Assembly (NCBI RefSeq): GCF_009914755.1
Contig: NC_060927.1
Direction: 5' to 3' (one strand)
Origin: the human T2T-CHM13v2.0 reference genome, Homo sapiens
Length of the DNA: 64,000 nt
Shown: positions 13,801 to 28,430 of the stretch, piece by piece
Layout of the letters: each line of letters starts with the position of its first letter
How positions within the stretch are numbered: the first letter of the stretch is position 1
Made by a program: the position numbers and the translations under genes
Notes under the pieces: model-generated
Database searches by the model: none
What the model saw: the letters and a program-made list of their open reading frames with translations, nothing else
Told to the model about the DNA's origin: nothing

Positions 13801-14089
13801 TTTCTATTTTTTAAAGACATGGTCTCGCCCTGTCTCCCAGGCTGGAGTGTAATGATGCTATCATAGCTCACTGCAGTCTCGATCTCCTGAGCTCAAGTGA
13901 TCTGCCCACCTCAGCCTCCTGAGTAACTGGGACTACAGTTGTGTGCCATCACAGCTGGATAATTCTTAAATTTTTTTTTTTTTTTCTGTAGACATGAGGT
14001 CTCACCATGTTGCCCGGGCTGGTCTTGAACTCCTGACCTTAAGTGATCCTTCCACCTCAGCCTGCCAAAGTGCTGAGCCACCATGCTCT
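13801..14089 (-). mobile_element. AluJ-type SINE
   Basis: Dimeric Alu with AluJ-type atagctcactgcagtctcgatctcctgagctcaagtgat; strongly CpG-decayed. Confidence 0.95.
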
Positions 14090-14744
14090 GTTTATCTCTT
14101 AAGATAATTGTTTTCAAATTGAAAATGTTATCAGTGGCGCCCTTTCTCCAAATCAAATACTATGTGAAATGTCAATATATAGGCAAGAGTGGAATTGCTC
14201 TCACTGAAGTGGAGGAGGGCAGGGCAGCTCTTTTGCCCTGTCCCCTCTACCCGATAATTCCTCTGCAGTCATCCCCAGGCACCTCCTGGAAATAGTGGCC
14301 TCTAGGGGACACAATTTAGATGTCATTGGCCTGCATTGGAGGGTAGGAAGAGAACTTGAGTTGGGTTTTACAGAAACTAGCTTTAAACCAGCCATCCATG
14401 TGATAAAAATACAGCTAGCTTAGACTGCATTCCTTCAAGTATGCAGTGATCACAACAGTCAGTATAAAATTTACAAAAAAATTAAATGCCAAGTAGTCCT
14501 TTATGGACTAAGCCTCAGTAACTTTCCCAGTGTATCAATCCATTCCTTAGGTGCCATGAAATTTTAACATAAGAGTAGACAGATTTGAAGAGGCTTATGA
14601 TTACAAACCCAGCAGGACGTTGTGTAGCTATTTATGCAGAAGCTCGAAACTGTCACTCAGAGCCGGGATACAATTAGTTGCTCATGGGTCAGAGAGGACC
14701 CTCGTTTGAGCTTTTGAAATACTGCACAGAAAAGCTTTCTAGTT

Positions 14745-14965
14745 GCAGAGCTGCTTGTATGATGGCTTCAGAGTTATTTTCTAAGAGTTCAGAGATCTCC
14801 AAGGATGTAGTCACAGGGATAGAAGGAGGTTGGTGGCCCTGACACTCTGGGCGCCACTCCCAACTTTGAACAGATCAGTTATGTTTCCATTTTATATATG
14901 GCTATTCCATTTAAGCCTTCCTTTGAAAAAAATCTATTGCAGAAAAGTGCGGGTTTGAAAACTGG
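14745..14965. mobile_element. MER103-like hAT MITE remnant
   Basis: ttttatatatgg...tttgaaaaaaatctattgc...gtttgaaaactgg. Confidence 0.45.
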
Positions 14966-15039
14966 TTAACATATCAATCAGTTTGCTAAAATTGGAAGTA
15001 TTTTGCTATTGGGTCAAGTGATTGTGAGCTCACAGTTAA

Positions 15040-15222
<183 letters not shown>

Positions 15223-15329
15223 CAAACTTTAAATAGAAATATTTTTATTCATGAGAAGGAAAGGGCAAATTTTATGAATTGGACTTTTGCTTTGGTTGTC
15301 ACAAGTGAACTACTTTTTTCTTCTTTTAA

Positions 15330-15880
15330 AACATTACTTAAAAAAATTGTAAACAGATGACTTTTATACATTGTAGAAAGTTTCAAAAATATTGATATGC
15401 ATAAAGACAAAACTCGTCCACATTTCTGCAGGTGAAGAAAACTACCGTGAACATGATGGTATGTTTCCTTCTAGTCTGTCTTCTGTACACCTATGTACAT
15501 GCTTATGTATTTGGCATTGTCATGTATGTAAAGTCTTATTTCCTGCTCCTTTTGTTTGACATTATATTGTAAGCCTTCTCCCCATCATAAAAATTCCATT
15601 GTGTGGATGTACCATAATTTATTTCACTTGTATGCTCCTTCTGGACATTAAGTTTCTTTTAAATTTTTTACTTTTATGAATAATGCATGGTACATCTTTA
15701 TAAGTGAATATTTAATAGTTTGTCCCATTTTCTATGGGAGAGAAGCCCAGAAGTATGAATATTGAGTAAAAGGTAGGAAGCTTCTTTAAAGCTGCTGACA
15801 CGCAGTACCAAATTACACATCAATGTATATATCATCTGCGGTGTGAATGGTCACTGCAACTGCTCTCTACCATATTATAT
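15330..15880 (-). mobile_element. Ancient L1M (L1ME-type) 3' fragment
   Basis: attccattgtgtggatgtaccataatttatt...ggacattaagtttc; very degraded. Confidence 0.55.
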
Positions 15881-16307
15881 TTTTTTAGTATTGAATCCAT
15901 CTACTTAAGAAATATTTATTAAGAACCTATTGTGTTCCTGGATAGGAAAAGTCATGGTTACTCAATATTTTTCTGTGTGCCTTTTTTCTCTGTTTTGGTT
16001 CTTTACAATAGAATTAAGGAGTAAAAAAAGGAGCAATACTATCTGCATGTCCTATGTTCTGTGTCTGTCATTATGTAGTTGGAAAAAAAATCAGATTTCT
16101 GAAAATACTAAGCACTTTCAATATGCAGAGTATGTATTTAAGATAACAGATACAAAGATCTTTCAGTTGAACTTGGTAGTGACCAGTGAGAAATAGTCAT
16201 TCAATTTTTTTTTTTTTTTAAAGAGAGATAGTCTTAATGGTGTTAGAGGTACCCAACTTATTTTTAAAGATGCTCCTGTGGAAGGCAGAGAGGCATTCAG
16301 AGAGGTC

Positions 16308-16535
16308 TGATGGTGTTTAAGAGCATGTACTGTGGAGCTATGATGCCGGGTGCAAATCATGGCTCTACCTAGGACAGCTCTGTGACCTTGGGCAAGTTAC
16401 TTAAACACTGAGCCTCAGAGGGTCCCCATTCTATAGAATGTGAGGAGTAAACAAGTTAATCTGTGTAAAGTTCTTAGAACTGTGTCAGACCCATAAAAAA
16501 GATTTGATGTGTTTCACATATTTATTAGTATCATG
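16308..16535 (+). mobile_element. MIR SINE
   Basis: cagctctgtgaccttgggcaagttacttaa...gtaaagttcttagaactgtg. Confidence 0.9.
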
Positions 16536-17132
16536 GTATGTCTGAGAACTACTCCCAGACCCTTGGGCCTTAATAAATAGGTCAACTGTTTATTAAGGGT
16601 CACTTTCTTATTCAATTTTGCAGCTAAGTAAATATTCATCTAATAGTTCTCTTGAACTTTCCAGGAGATCTGGTTTTTATTGTCCTCTCTGATCTTTCCT
16701 AGAATCTTCAGCCAACAGGCTCCTCCTTTCTGAAGACAGAGAAGTGTACACTCAGGTACTCATAATCTTTACTGTGCCCAGCTCTCCTGCTTTGGTGCCT
16801 ACTGAGTGGCCTCTTTTAATGTGACAACAGTGGCCTCACTCCATTTACACGTGAGATCTGCTGAGATGCTCTTCTTTTATGTATGGTACATCTCTCAGGG
16901 TTATAATATTTTGTGCACCTCCATCAACAGTAACATCCTTTACCAGTTCTCCAGTGGTTGGAAACATTTTAAAACTTAAATTATTGTTTGAGTCAATAAA
17001 CTTTGGACCTTTTTGGGGATATTTTCTCCATATTATGCTCACAAGTAAACTTCCTAGGTGTTTCCCCTTCCTGTGTTCTCACACACAGGAGAAGTCTTGG
17101 ACATGTGCCAGGTTGAGTTGACTCATGGTCTG

Positions 17133-17402
17133 GTGGTTGTCACCATGGCTTCCCAATGAAATCACCAGGGATGTTTAAAAAATACTGTTTTGGGGGTCCC
17201 AGACCCATAGATTCTTATTTAATTTGTCTGGGGCAGTAGTTATCAAGGTGCGGTCCTCTGTGGTTGAACAAACCTTCAAGTTGATTCTGACGTATGCTCA
17301 AATTTAAGAACTAACTTGTCTTGGGTGTCTGGCCTGGTGATAGAGCCTCCTAACAGTTTCCCAGATGGTTCTAGTGTGCAACCCATGTTGAGAACTGCTG
17401 CA
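17133..17402. mobile_element. MER5-family MITE with a short MER5-derived element nested at 17234-17317
   Basis: Outer and inner MER5-type terminal repeats; 8-bp flanks gtctgggg / gtcttggg. Confidence 0.6.
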
Positions 17403-18049
17403 GTGGTTTTCTTTTGAAGATATAATCTTAAGAAGTATCAGCTTTTAAAGGTTAGCTAAACTTGTAATGACAAGGGTTCTGTGTAAATAGAAGTAAAATT
17501 TTTATCCATTTGTCGGTTCCTACTTGGGGACGTATGGTACATGGAGTTACCAAATTGTGTCTGAATGAAGTTCAGTGAAGTTCAGCTTTCTGTTTTCTGA
17601 GGCAAGGCAGCTTTTACATTGATCCTTCGTGTCCTCTTCTGGAAAATTATATATTATTGATAAATCTTTGGCTTGGGATATTGAGTTAGGCCTGTTCTTG
17701 CATTTCACTGCGTTCCTAATTAAGCTAGTTTATATGAAAGACTTGACAGATGAGACCTGGAGTTAAATGTATTGATTTGCATATTGATTTTTTCTGAATC
17801 TGATTGCTGCCACTGTATATCAAACCTGACCAGAATCTGCTATGTTGGATAAGAAAGATAATTCAGGCAGTTGGGTTTATTGCTTGGGCTGTTAAATTGC
17901 AAAATAAAAGTTGTCAACCATTTTCTTTTACGGCTGTTGGAAGAAAGGTTCAGATTAAAGTGACTAGCCTCAGTGTTGACAGGATATATTTATTTATTCT
18001 AGATTACTTCGCATTTTTCATCTCTAGAACGTCCTCAGATAATTCCACG

Positions 18050-18234
18050 GCAGTGGCTCTTTAAAGTACTTTGCATTACCTGCAGTGCTTGTTAAAACAT
18101 AGATTGCTGGGCCCCACCTCAGACTTTTGACTCAGTAGGTCTGGGGCAGGGCTGGAGAATTTGTATCTGACACATTTCCAGGAGATACGGATGCTGCTGT
18201 CACAGGTGGGGAACACATGCCGAGAACCACTGTT
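18050..18234. mobile_element. MER5A hAT MITE
   Basis: cagtggctct...cttgttaaaacatagattgctgggccccacctcaga...gagaaccactg. Confidence 0.9.
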
Positions 18235-19065
18235 CTCGAGCATTCTATGAGCTGCATTTCATAGTACGTTATTACATAAGGCAAATCTTAGGAAAAAATG
18301 GTAAAAATTATCTTTACAGAGATTGTCCAATAGTGTGCTTTCTCATAGGGAGTAGAAAAATGCTAGAACAACTCTAAAACATTTGCTTTAAACAGAAATC
18401 TCATACTCTCTGGTTCCATTTGTAGCCATGCGGCCCAACAGTAATATACAGAAAACAGATCTGCCTGTCTCAGATTTGTAACGTTTTTTTGACCTTACCA
18501 TGTTCACTTCCATAATGGAATATTCTCAGCAATGCTGAAAGCTGAATTTGAAGGATAAATATATCCTAAAAGTGATATTAGTATGGCCCTGAGTCCACAT
18601 GATAGTACTGTATTCAATCTCCTTCCAGTTTTTATCCCACAAGGATTTATACCTCTTAGTAAATGGCTAAGGCTATATTTCTGGTCCTTGGCATCTATAG
18701 CTAGGGCATCAAATATTAGGTTGTAAAAATTTCCATTGCAGCTGAATGCTTCCAGCTTCTGAGTGTCCAAGTATACCATCACAAACCTGTAAGTCACCTC
18801 ACATCCAGCATTTGTACGCTCACAAAACTAAGTTATCTCTTTTAAGATAGAAAGAAGATCACTATATACTATACTCTAAAGAGCCTATAAAATACCCTAC
18901 CAAAATGAAATGCTCAGTTCCTCCAGAACTTCTAAGATTTCAGAAGGCAGTTATCCATCATAAATGTGTATTCAATAAACCTTAATTAAGGAAATAAAGA
19001 GGTCAGAGTGAGGGTATCTAATGAAAAAAGGACAAACGGAGAGAGGCAGGGTTATATGCCCTGCT

Positions 19066-19360
19066 TGTTCAGAGACAACTCTCTATGGGTCTTTCAAGTT
19101 TCTGTATGTTTCTGTATGCCATTTCTCAGAAATTACTGTTCCACACCAACTTTTCAAGGATGTTTGCATGGTGAACAGCTTTGGAAGATAGAGATAGCAT
19201 CTCCCTCTGGAGCAAAGACAGGCATCCTGATTGCCCATAATAAAACATTTCACTCCCTAAGTTCAGCATTCCTCTCCTTTAGTGCCACCCATGCATGTGC
19301 ATGTGCCATCTGACTCTCTTTGTGCCACCCTATTGGAATTCGGGCTTAAGAAAATGGTGC
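19066..19360 (+). mobile_element. ERVL-class LTR 5' portion (subfamily not assigned), ending at A17/Alu
   Basis: tgttcagagacaactctc...ttttcaaggatgtttg...gaagatagagatagcatctccctctggagcaaag. Confidence 0.65.
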
Positions 19361-19377
19361 AAAAAAAAAAAAAAAAA

Positions 19378-19732
<355 letters not shown>

Positions 19733-19779
19733 TCACAGTTCTCTATACTCTTTCCCATGGTCAAGTACCCAACATAGTT

Positions 19780-20010
19780 CAGTCCTTTATTACAGGCTTT
19801 CTTGGAGCTGTATGCTTTTCTTTAAGAGCAATTATTTTTGTTGTTACACATTCTGTACATTTATTATTGTACAAGTATAAACACTTGATTTATTATATCT
19901 TTTCTACTAGATTTCATGAGACAAGGGCTATGTGTCTTATTTTCTTCACTTTTGAAACATTTGTGTCCAGGCAAATGATCAGAGGTCAACAAATATTTGT
20001 TGAATAAAGG
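19780..20010 (+). mobile_element. L2 3' end
   Basis: actagatttcatgagacaaggg...tcaacaaatatttgttgaataaa. Confidence 0.7.
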
Positions 20011-20039
20011 AAAACATAGAGTCTTTTTACTTTAGATTT

Positions 20040-20459
20040 TGTTGCAAATTGGAATCCCTGGATAGAAACTCTGAGACGGAGATAAGCATGGAAGATGTTT
20101 ATAAGCTAGTGCTCTTGGGATTAACTGGTGGAAGGGAGAAGAAGAAAGCAGAATTGGGCACAAAAATTGATTCTCAACAACTTCCCAGTGAATCTCATGG
20201 GGACCTTCCTTCAGAGTTGTCTTAAGGAAGGGGCCAGGACATGATAACCTCTCAGTGACCATCTTTGGGATGTGGGCCTCTTTCGATACCCCTATCCAAT
20301 GATGCAATCATGGACATGGCTGTTTTCTTCAGTAGAGAGGCCATTTCCAAAGAGGGCTGATAGTTGAGGGCTGTATTCTGGTAACATTCTAGCATCCGGG
20401 GCAATAATTACTTCATTAGTAAAGGGAGACCTGGGAGGTGTATCATAGAGTCTGTGACA
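20040..20459 (-). mobile_element. LTR33-like ERVL solo LTR
   Basis: actctgagacggagataagcatg..., gtgctcttgggatt, ccttcagagttgtc, gagggctgatagttgagggctgt match recalled LTR33 reverse complement. Confidence 0.75.
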
Positions 20460-20509
20460 TCCCCCTTCAATATGTTTATGTTCCAGATAAAAGAATATAT
20501 ATATCAGTG

Positions 20510-20877
20510 GTATCTGAGTCCATTTGGGCTGGTGTAATAAAATACTGCAGACTGGGTGGTTTATCAGCAACAGAAATGGATTTCTCACAGTTCTGGGGGT
20601 TGGGAGGTCCAGGATTAAGGTTACAGCAAATTTAGTGTCTGCTGAGGGCCTACATTCTGATTCATAGATGGTACCTTCTTGCTGTATCCTCGCGTGGTTA
20701 GTGAGGACTAGTTAGCTCTATGGGGCCTCTTTTATAAGGTCACTAATCCCAGTCTTGACTGCTCCACCCTCATGATCTAATCACCTCCCGAAGACCCCAC
20801 CTCCTAATACCATCACCTTGGGGGTGAGGATTTCAACATATGAATTTGGGGGGACACACACATTTAGACCACAGCAT
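20510..20877 (-). mobile_element. MLT1A/MLT1A0 MaLR solo LTR
   Basis: agactgggtggttta..caacagaaat..tttctcacagttctgg...ctaatcacctccc...atttcaacatatgaatttgggggg. Confidence 0.9.
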
Positions 20878-20903
20878 ATGGCCTTTCTCTTACTGTCTCT
20901 TGA

Positions 20904-21253
<350 letters not shown>

Positions 21254-21379
21254 AACCTCTTCTTTAACTTGAGAAGCTTGATCTGTTTCCAGGGGAATGT
21301 TAAATAGCACATAAATACTGAAATGCTTATTGGATTTGATATAATAATCTTCTATTTAAGAACCATGTTATTTGGAGTT

Positions 21380-22110
21380 CCAAAATAGAACTACCATATG
21401 ATTCAGCAATCTCACTTCTGAGTATATAACCAAAAGAATTGAAATCAGTATCTGGAAGATATATCTGCACCCTCATGTTCATGGCAGCATTATGCACAAT
21501 ACCCAAGATATGGAAATAACCCAAATGTTCAACAGATTAATGGATAAAGAAAATGTGGTATATACACGCAATGAAATATATCATTCAGCATTAAAAGAAG
21601 GAAATTCTGCCATTTGTGACAACATAGATGAATCAGAAGACACTATGCTAAGTGAAATAAGCCAGTCATGACGGGACAAATACTATGATTCTGCTTATAT
21701 GAGCCATCTAGAACGGCCAAACGTGTAGAAGCAGAGACTAGTATGGTGGTTGCCAGGGCCTGGGGAGAGCTTGGAAACGAGGAATTATTCCTCATGGGGT
21801 ATAAAGGTTCTGTCATGCAGGTTGAGAAGTTCTAGAGGTCTTTTGTACAACCTCGTGCCTGTAATTAATCATATGGTATTGTGCACTTTAACATATATTA
21901 AGAAGATAGATCTCATGGTAAGTGTTCTTACCAAAACAAACAAAATACAACATGCACAAGAACACAATGAAATTTTTGGAGGTGATATTTAGTACTTTGG
22001 TCGTGGCAACAGTATCATGAGTGTATGCATAGGCCCAAACACATCAAGATGTATATGTTAAATGTGTGCAACTTTTTGTATATCAATTATACCTCAATAA
22101 AGCTAGAAAA
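21380..22110 (+). mobile_element. L1MA/L1MB-type 3' fragment
   Basis: aaaatagaactaccatatgattcagcaatc...tatcaattatacctcaataaagct. Confidence 0.9.
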
Positions 22111-22199
22111 ATTAGCAAATAACAAGATCACTCTCATATGTAGGACAGTTTCTTCACATAAAGGGAAAGGGACTTGAATGTTCATTTCTTACTTTTCCT

Positions 22200-23030
22200 T
22201 CATGTGAACTCTATGCTCCAAATGCCTTAAAATCTCCAGAAAATATCTGGCTTTTTCATACATTTGAACTCTTGTGTGTGTTATTTCCCTGGACCAGGAT
22301 GCTCATGTCTCTATCCTTATGTGCGTACTCTTTCCCATTTGCACCTGGGACTCAGCTCAAATGTTGCATCTTGTGCAAAACATTTTCTGAATTTCTCCCC
22401 TCAGTCTTGTTTGCACTCTCCGAATTTTGTAGAGGCTTCCACTTAGCACTTTTCACTTTGCTGCAATTTCTTTACGTGTCCCTCTCCACTGTGGGATTGA
22501 GGGCTTCTGGTAGGCAGAGATTATATTTTATTCATGCATCCCTAGACCTTATCACAAGGCCTGGTGCCAGGGGTGGGCTAGGGTTGGCTCATTAAAGACT
22601 CATGCGTGCCAGATGTTAAAATTTAAGGAATTTTGCAAGTAGGTTGCTAAATACAGCAATTATTAAAATTAAATTACATAAAACTGTTACTAAGTGGATG
22701 ATATTAAAAAAAAAAGTCTCAAAACTCACCACTACATCATTATTTTCTGCCCTTTGCTATTATCTGTGTTCTTGAAGTCATTTATATCTGCATTGTCTGT
22801 AGTAGAGAGGTACTAAGTTGTGATATGCCTCAGGCACCTCTTCTCAACTCCATGTCCAGTGCTCAAGCCACACTGGTATCTTAAAATTGGCCACAGCGAA
22901 AGAATTCACCATGGAAACTGGCAAACATTATATGGGAATAAGGCTTCACTTCAACCAGAACGGGTTGTTGAACATTTATAAGCACATCACTGCCTGGTAC
23001 ACAGGTGATGCTCAATAAATGTGAGTTAAA
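22200..23030 (+). mobile_element. L2 3' end, interrupted by MER63
   Basis: ctcagctcaaatgttgcatc...; resumes cctggtacacaggtgatgctcaataaatg. Confidence 0.7.
22568..22992. mobile_element. MER63-like hAT-Blackjack element
   Basis: Terminal repeats caggggtgggctag / aagcacatcactg; 8-bp TSD cctggtgc (22560-22567) / cctggtac (22993-23000). Confidence 0.8.
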
Positions 23031-23887
23031 CTTTTGGGAAAAAGATCTGGAAAAACTTCACTTAGACTGGGTATGAGACTGGCAGATATGGAAGCCCAAA
23101 TGGAGATTTGATGACAGTTGAATGGGGCTGGGACAATTAAGAACAGTTAACGGGGGACGAGGTCATTGTTTGTCATTTTGATGACTGCTCCCATCTTACC
23201 TACAGTTTTTGTTGTTGTTGTTGCAATGAACAATGTATGGGACCTAGTATGTTTTATTTACATACTCTTCAGGGCTTGCTCCTTTATTTTCAGTTTCTGA
23301 ATTACTTCAAGACGCTGGTGATACCTGCAGTGGAATGCTAACTGAAAGAGAGATTGACTTCTTTGTGCTTATTTTTAGCTGAAACCTCAAGACACAGGGC
23401 GTGAGCAACTGTATGAAATTTTAATTGAAAAAAATGATTCGTTTTGGTTGCCATATGGCTATATCATGATGTACATTTTGTTTTTCTAAACTGCAGAATG
23501 TGAATACTATTCTAAGATGGCAGATATGGTTAGTGGCATTGTTGTTTAGGTCATTGGAAAGGATGTTTTTCTAAAGGGGAGATCAAGGGTTGCATCTGTT
23601 GCCCCGAGTAAACTGAGGAATAGCAGCAATTATTTGTGATTCTGTCTAGAACTTCAGGGCCTGAGATGGGGTTGGTATATGGAGCTGGAGTGTCATGGAG
23701 TCTCTGTATAGTTTATATGCCTTCTCCATCTTCCTCTATGTGGGGTCCACAAAGAAGACATGGTATGGGCCTATTCTTTTATTTTAAAAAGTGAAAACAG
23801 CTTCTTATTCTCTTATAATATAGATTAATACTCCTATAAGCAAAGTTTTAAAAAAGACAACGGAGAATAGAATAAAAAGCAAATTAA

Positions 23888-24253
<366 letters not shown>

Positions 24254-24659
24254 TAAACATTTTAGTATTTATCTTTCCAGATTTTAAATATATCTGTGGC
24301 CCTTCCAGCCACAAAGATTGGATTGAATTTTATTTTCCACAATTTAAAAACACTTAAATGTTCAAAAGCATTGAATTTCCTTGCAGTTCCTATTTATAAA
24401 ATAAAATTTTAGTATTATGTTTCTTAACACACTGCCCCTGTGGGAATTACGGTGACTAATGCCATCGAAATATAAAGTTGATGATTTGGGAAACGTATAA
24501 GTTAGTATGGAAGTATCACCACCTTTTGTTTCAATAGAATTTGACAGCAAATTGAAGAGGGTAGGAAAATGTGGGTGCCACTGGTCCTTGAGTGTCATAG
24601 AGCTCTTTGAGAGAGCAGTACAATTGAAAATGTGGGGATGAGGTTTTCTTCCCTGGGCA

Positions 24660-25720
24660 TTCATTCAACAGACACTTGTACTGGCTGTATGTCAGGCACT
24701 ATTGTCTTAAGGATGAATAAGATTCAGCCACTGCTCACGTTGTAGTGGCAGACGTTGCTATGTAAACAAATAAATTGTAATAGTTTATGATAATTGCTAT
24801 TACAGGTATTTTAAACAGAGAGATATGGGACCACAAAGGATATAGTAATTAATTCTTCCTGGGAGACACTAGGGGAGTATATCTGTTGGGTCCCTTTTTC
24901 TTGCAAACAGCAAAAACTCAAAGTTAAAATAGGAATCCAGGGACTCAATACTGTCATTAGAAATATGCCTCTTATTGTCTTTGTCTTAACTACAGCTTCC
25001 CAATTAAGGCTTTATTCTTCTCTGCAGACTCTTTCCATATAATAGCAAAAGTGGTCTACGACAGCTACAGGACTACTTTCTACCCGATTTTTAATTTGTG
25101 CCTCTTTCTTAGTGGTTTGGAGGAATCCTTCAGAGAGAAAGTTTTCTGGTCTAGCTGGTGTCACCTGTCCATCTTGGAACCAATCTCTGTGTCCAGGGCA
25201 CTGCCATCCTCATTGGCCAGGCTTAGGTCATGCAGCCTCTCTTGTACTCTTCCCTGAACCCAATGTGCAGAGAGTAGGGAAGGGACATGTCCTAAACAAG
25301 GGGGAGTGGATGTTGGCAGATTTCTATGAGAAGGGCTTATGGGGTGGCAGTAGGGGGTGACATTTGACCTGTACTTTGCAGGATGAATAATCATGTACCA
25401 GGTAAAGAAGGAGAGCAATGAAATATGTACAAAGTCAAAGTGTTAAAAGGTTTCCAGTACCGGGGGAGTATTTTAGGTGGCCGAATTAGGGTTTGTAAAA
25501 TAATAGAGTTGGGATGAGGCCAGAAAAGGAAGTGTGGCATGAGTCCAAATGGTAAAAGGCCTTTTAGTCTATGCTGAGAAATTTTTTATCTTTCTATGAA
25601 TGAAGGAACCAAAGGAAGCTTTTAACATGGTTAAATGATGGTTAGCTTTGAGTTTAGGAAGGTAGCTCTGATGACAAGGTGGAAGATAAATTTGAATGGA
25701 GAGGATCTGGTTTTGTCAGA
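24660..25720 (-). mobile_element. L2 element split by an MLT1 LTR
   Basis: tcattcaacagacacttg...tgtcaggcact; resumes after ~25330 to tttaggaaggtagctctg. Confidence 0.7.
24880..25325 (-). mobile_element. Old MLT1 (K/L-like) MaLR LTR
   Basis: ttgcaaacagcaaaaactcaa, ggaaccaatctctgtgtccaggg, cattggccaggcttaggtcatg. Confidence 0.65.
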
Positions 25721-26579
25721 AAAAGGTCAGAATCTGTAGGTCCATGGTGGTGCACTCTGGTTGCCAGCTTCAAAATGGCAGCCCAGGGCACCTGGCTGAG
25801 GATTGTATAGGAAAGAATGCCAGTGGATTCTCAGTGTCTCTCGTCTGAGTGGGGCAGAGGGTGGTGGCATACAGGCTGTATATTTGATGACCCTGATCTA
25901 AGCTATGGCCAATGATTGATTATTAAAGGTTCCCCTGTACTTCCTTTTCTTTCCAAAAAGAGAAATTTTCAATGTGTATGTCCCTTACTTCTTATTACCA
26001 TTATTGTCCTATTATTATTATTTGTAGAATAAATCATATTTTAACATGGCTTCCATTACAAATCAATAAAACAGTGAAACATTGATATTTGATCCAATAT
26101 AAAGGTAACTTTTTTTAAAAAAATAGAAAATTCCTGCTTGAAAATGTCATTCTGAGAGGGTTCTGGAAGCCAAGCATTGCAGCCAATGCATGCCTCCTGC
26201 TTTTTGGTCTTGGATAATAAATTTTCATCTCAGTTTTCTGGGCTTGAGTTTTAAGGCATAATAATAGATGGTGTTAGATTGAACTGCCTCTTTTTAGGTT
26301 TTCTATTCTTAGTATATGGATGAATAGATTAGTTTATAGTGCTATTAATCTGTTACCCTTCAACAGCCATAAATTCAATTTCATACATTAAGATGTGACT
26401 CTAGAGGGACTAGGATAAGGACAGAGCTTAGGTCACAAATAATATGTTATTAAAGTTGGAAATGAACACGTGAATGACTGCGAGGGACAAAATTAACTAA
26501 TGGAATTTTTAATGACTATTTTTATATGTACATCTAATTAATAATCTCTTGAAATGTGTAGAAATAAGAAAGCAGTGTA

Positions 26580-27020
26580 ACTGGATCCTTCGCGATACGA
26601 TCCCTACATACTTTTTGTGCTTCTGCTCTTGACATTGTCCAGCTTCTATTTTATGTCTCTGAAACCTGGAACTTTATTTACAGTTCCTTTTTAATGAGCC
26701 ATGCTGTTTTAGAATGCCATGCTTTCATTTGTGCTGTTGCTTGTATTAGGCATCATTTTCTCACTCACTTCACCGATTTGTCGTTTTTTAAAGCACAGTC
26801 ATTTGCCCCTTCTAGGCAGCGTTCTTCCATGCCCATCTCTTTCTTTCCTTCCTATACTTTTAAGTACTTCCATTATTTCACTCATCCTGCTTAATTGCAA
26901 TCATTTGTTTATACAGCTGTCTTTCCTACTTAACTGTGAGTTTATGACATGGATTATATTCTACCTTTATATCCTGTTATACAGTGGGAAATCAATAAAT
27001 GCTTGGTGGATTGATTTGAA
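26580..27020 (+). mobile_element. L2 3' fragment
   Basis: ctgtctttcctacttaactgtgag...tcaataaatgcttggtggattga. Confidence 0.55.
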
Positions 27021-27629
27021 TCCTATGCCAATGTCATAGGTAACTCAGACGACTCTGATGAGCCTGAGTAATACAACTAAAGAAAAAAAAAACCCTGAGA
27101 TTAGCCCCTGTTTCCCAGCCTTCTGATGCCAGAGGCATGAAAGACCTCAATATGAAAAGTTTTCTTATTTGAGATGTTCCACTGGAGTCCATTTTCCTCT
27201 TAATTTATTTTTGGCTGTTTTGAAAAAAAAAAAAAAGCACCACAGTTTCTTCTGAAGTGGGCAGGCAGATGAAGGGTGTTCTATTCACTTATAGAAACAA
27301 CTTTCTTTACCTAAGTACCTGGAACATGTGCCATCTTTGCTTCTTGTTGCAATGGCATTTCAGCATCAGAGCCATTCATTTCTGATGCTCTGTGTGTAGC
27401 CTCCAGCGGATTGTGTTCTGCTTCCTCTTTCTGGTAATGTTTAATTCATTTGAGCGTTGCCAAATGAAAATTATCTTCAGACTGTTAACAAGCTGTGCTA
27501 CCGTGAACCTCTCTGTAAAAATTAACTTAGCCCAAACCAAGGTGCAGAGATAGAGTTGTTTATTTCTCTTCTCCTGACTTCAACTAGGAACAGGGGTAAA
27601 ACTCTTGATTGGGGACACTTCTTAACAAT

Positions 27630-28430
27630 CAGAGAACTCTTCTCTGATAACTCTTTATAAAAGGTGATTCCATCCTTTACCCTTCCTCCTAGCCCTTATG
27701 ACCACCTGACATATTTATTTATTCATTGTCAGTCTTCTTTCACAACAATGTAAGCAACATGAGAACAGGGGATTTGTTTATTGCTGTAGTGAGTCTCCTA
27801 AAGCTATGCCTGACACAAAGTAATTGCTTACTGCATGTTGATTGACTAAGGGTAGCAACTATGGCCATATCCTTAGAACCCTCACTATGTGCCTGGCAAT
27901 GTGCTGAGCTTCTGATATGTATTAGATGTTATTTCTTGTCCTTCTCACGCCCCACTATGAATAAGGGAGTCTGTCATTTCCACTTACCATGAAAGAAATG
28001 AGATCTAATAAGTTGTCCCCGATTTTGCAGCTGGCAAATCATGAGGCTGAGCAGTGTCACAACCTGCATTTTTAACCTGTATGCTGTTTGTGGTGGGTAG
28101 GTCCAGGTTTGTGATCCAATCATTGGAGTTAGGTGGTCCTTTCTGTTGTTTAGGGTGCTAGGATTCTCTGTGTCCCATCCCACATTGTCAAATTTAGTCT
28201 TTTTCCTCATAAAATAATAATTTGCTAAGATTTACCATTTTTAAGGTTGTAGAACACTGTCAAGTCCTGTACTTTGATTATTTTGTTTGGTCCTCCCTAT
28301 AACCCTACATATTAGTATTGTTACTGCCCTTGCCCAGATAAAGGAGATTCAGGTAGGTTAAGGGACTTACCCAAAGCCACATTGCTGATGAATGGCATAG
28401 CAGGGACTTGAATACAGAATTCCTGGTTCT
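27630..28430. mobile_element. L2 end (+, 27630-27850) followed by two MIRs (-, ~27850-28090 and ~28210-28430)
   Basis: atgtaagcaacatgagaacaggg; ctatgtgcctggcaatgtgct; ggttaagggacttacccaaagccac. Confidence 0.7.

Noticed and set aside
23379-23400. Possible 22-nt micro-exon (ttttag|...|gtgagc)
   Set aside because: Weak donor context, not frame-preserving, no supporting evidence.
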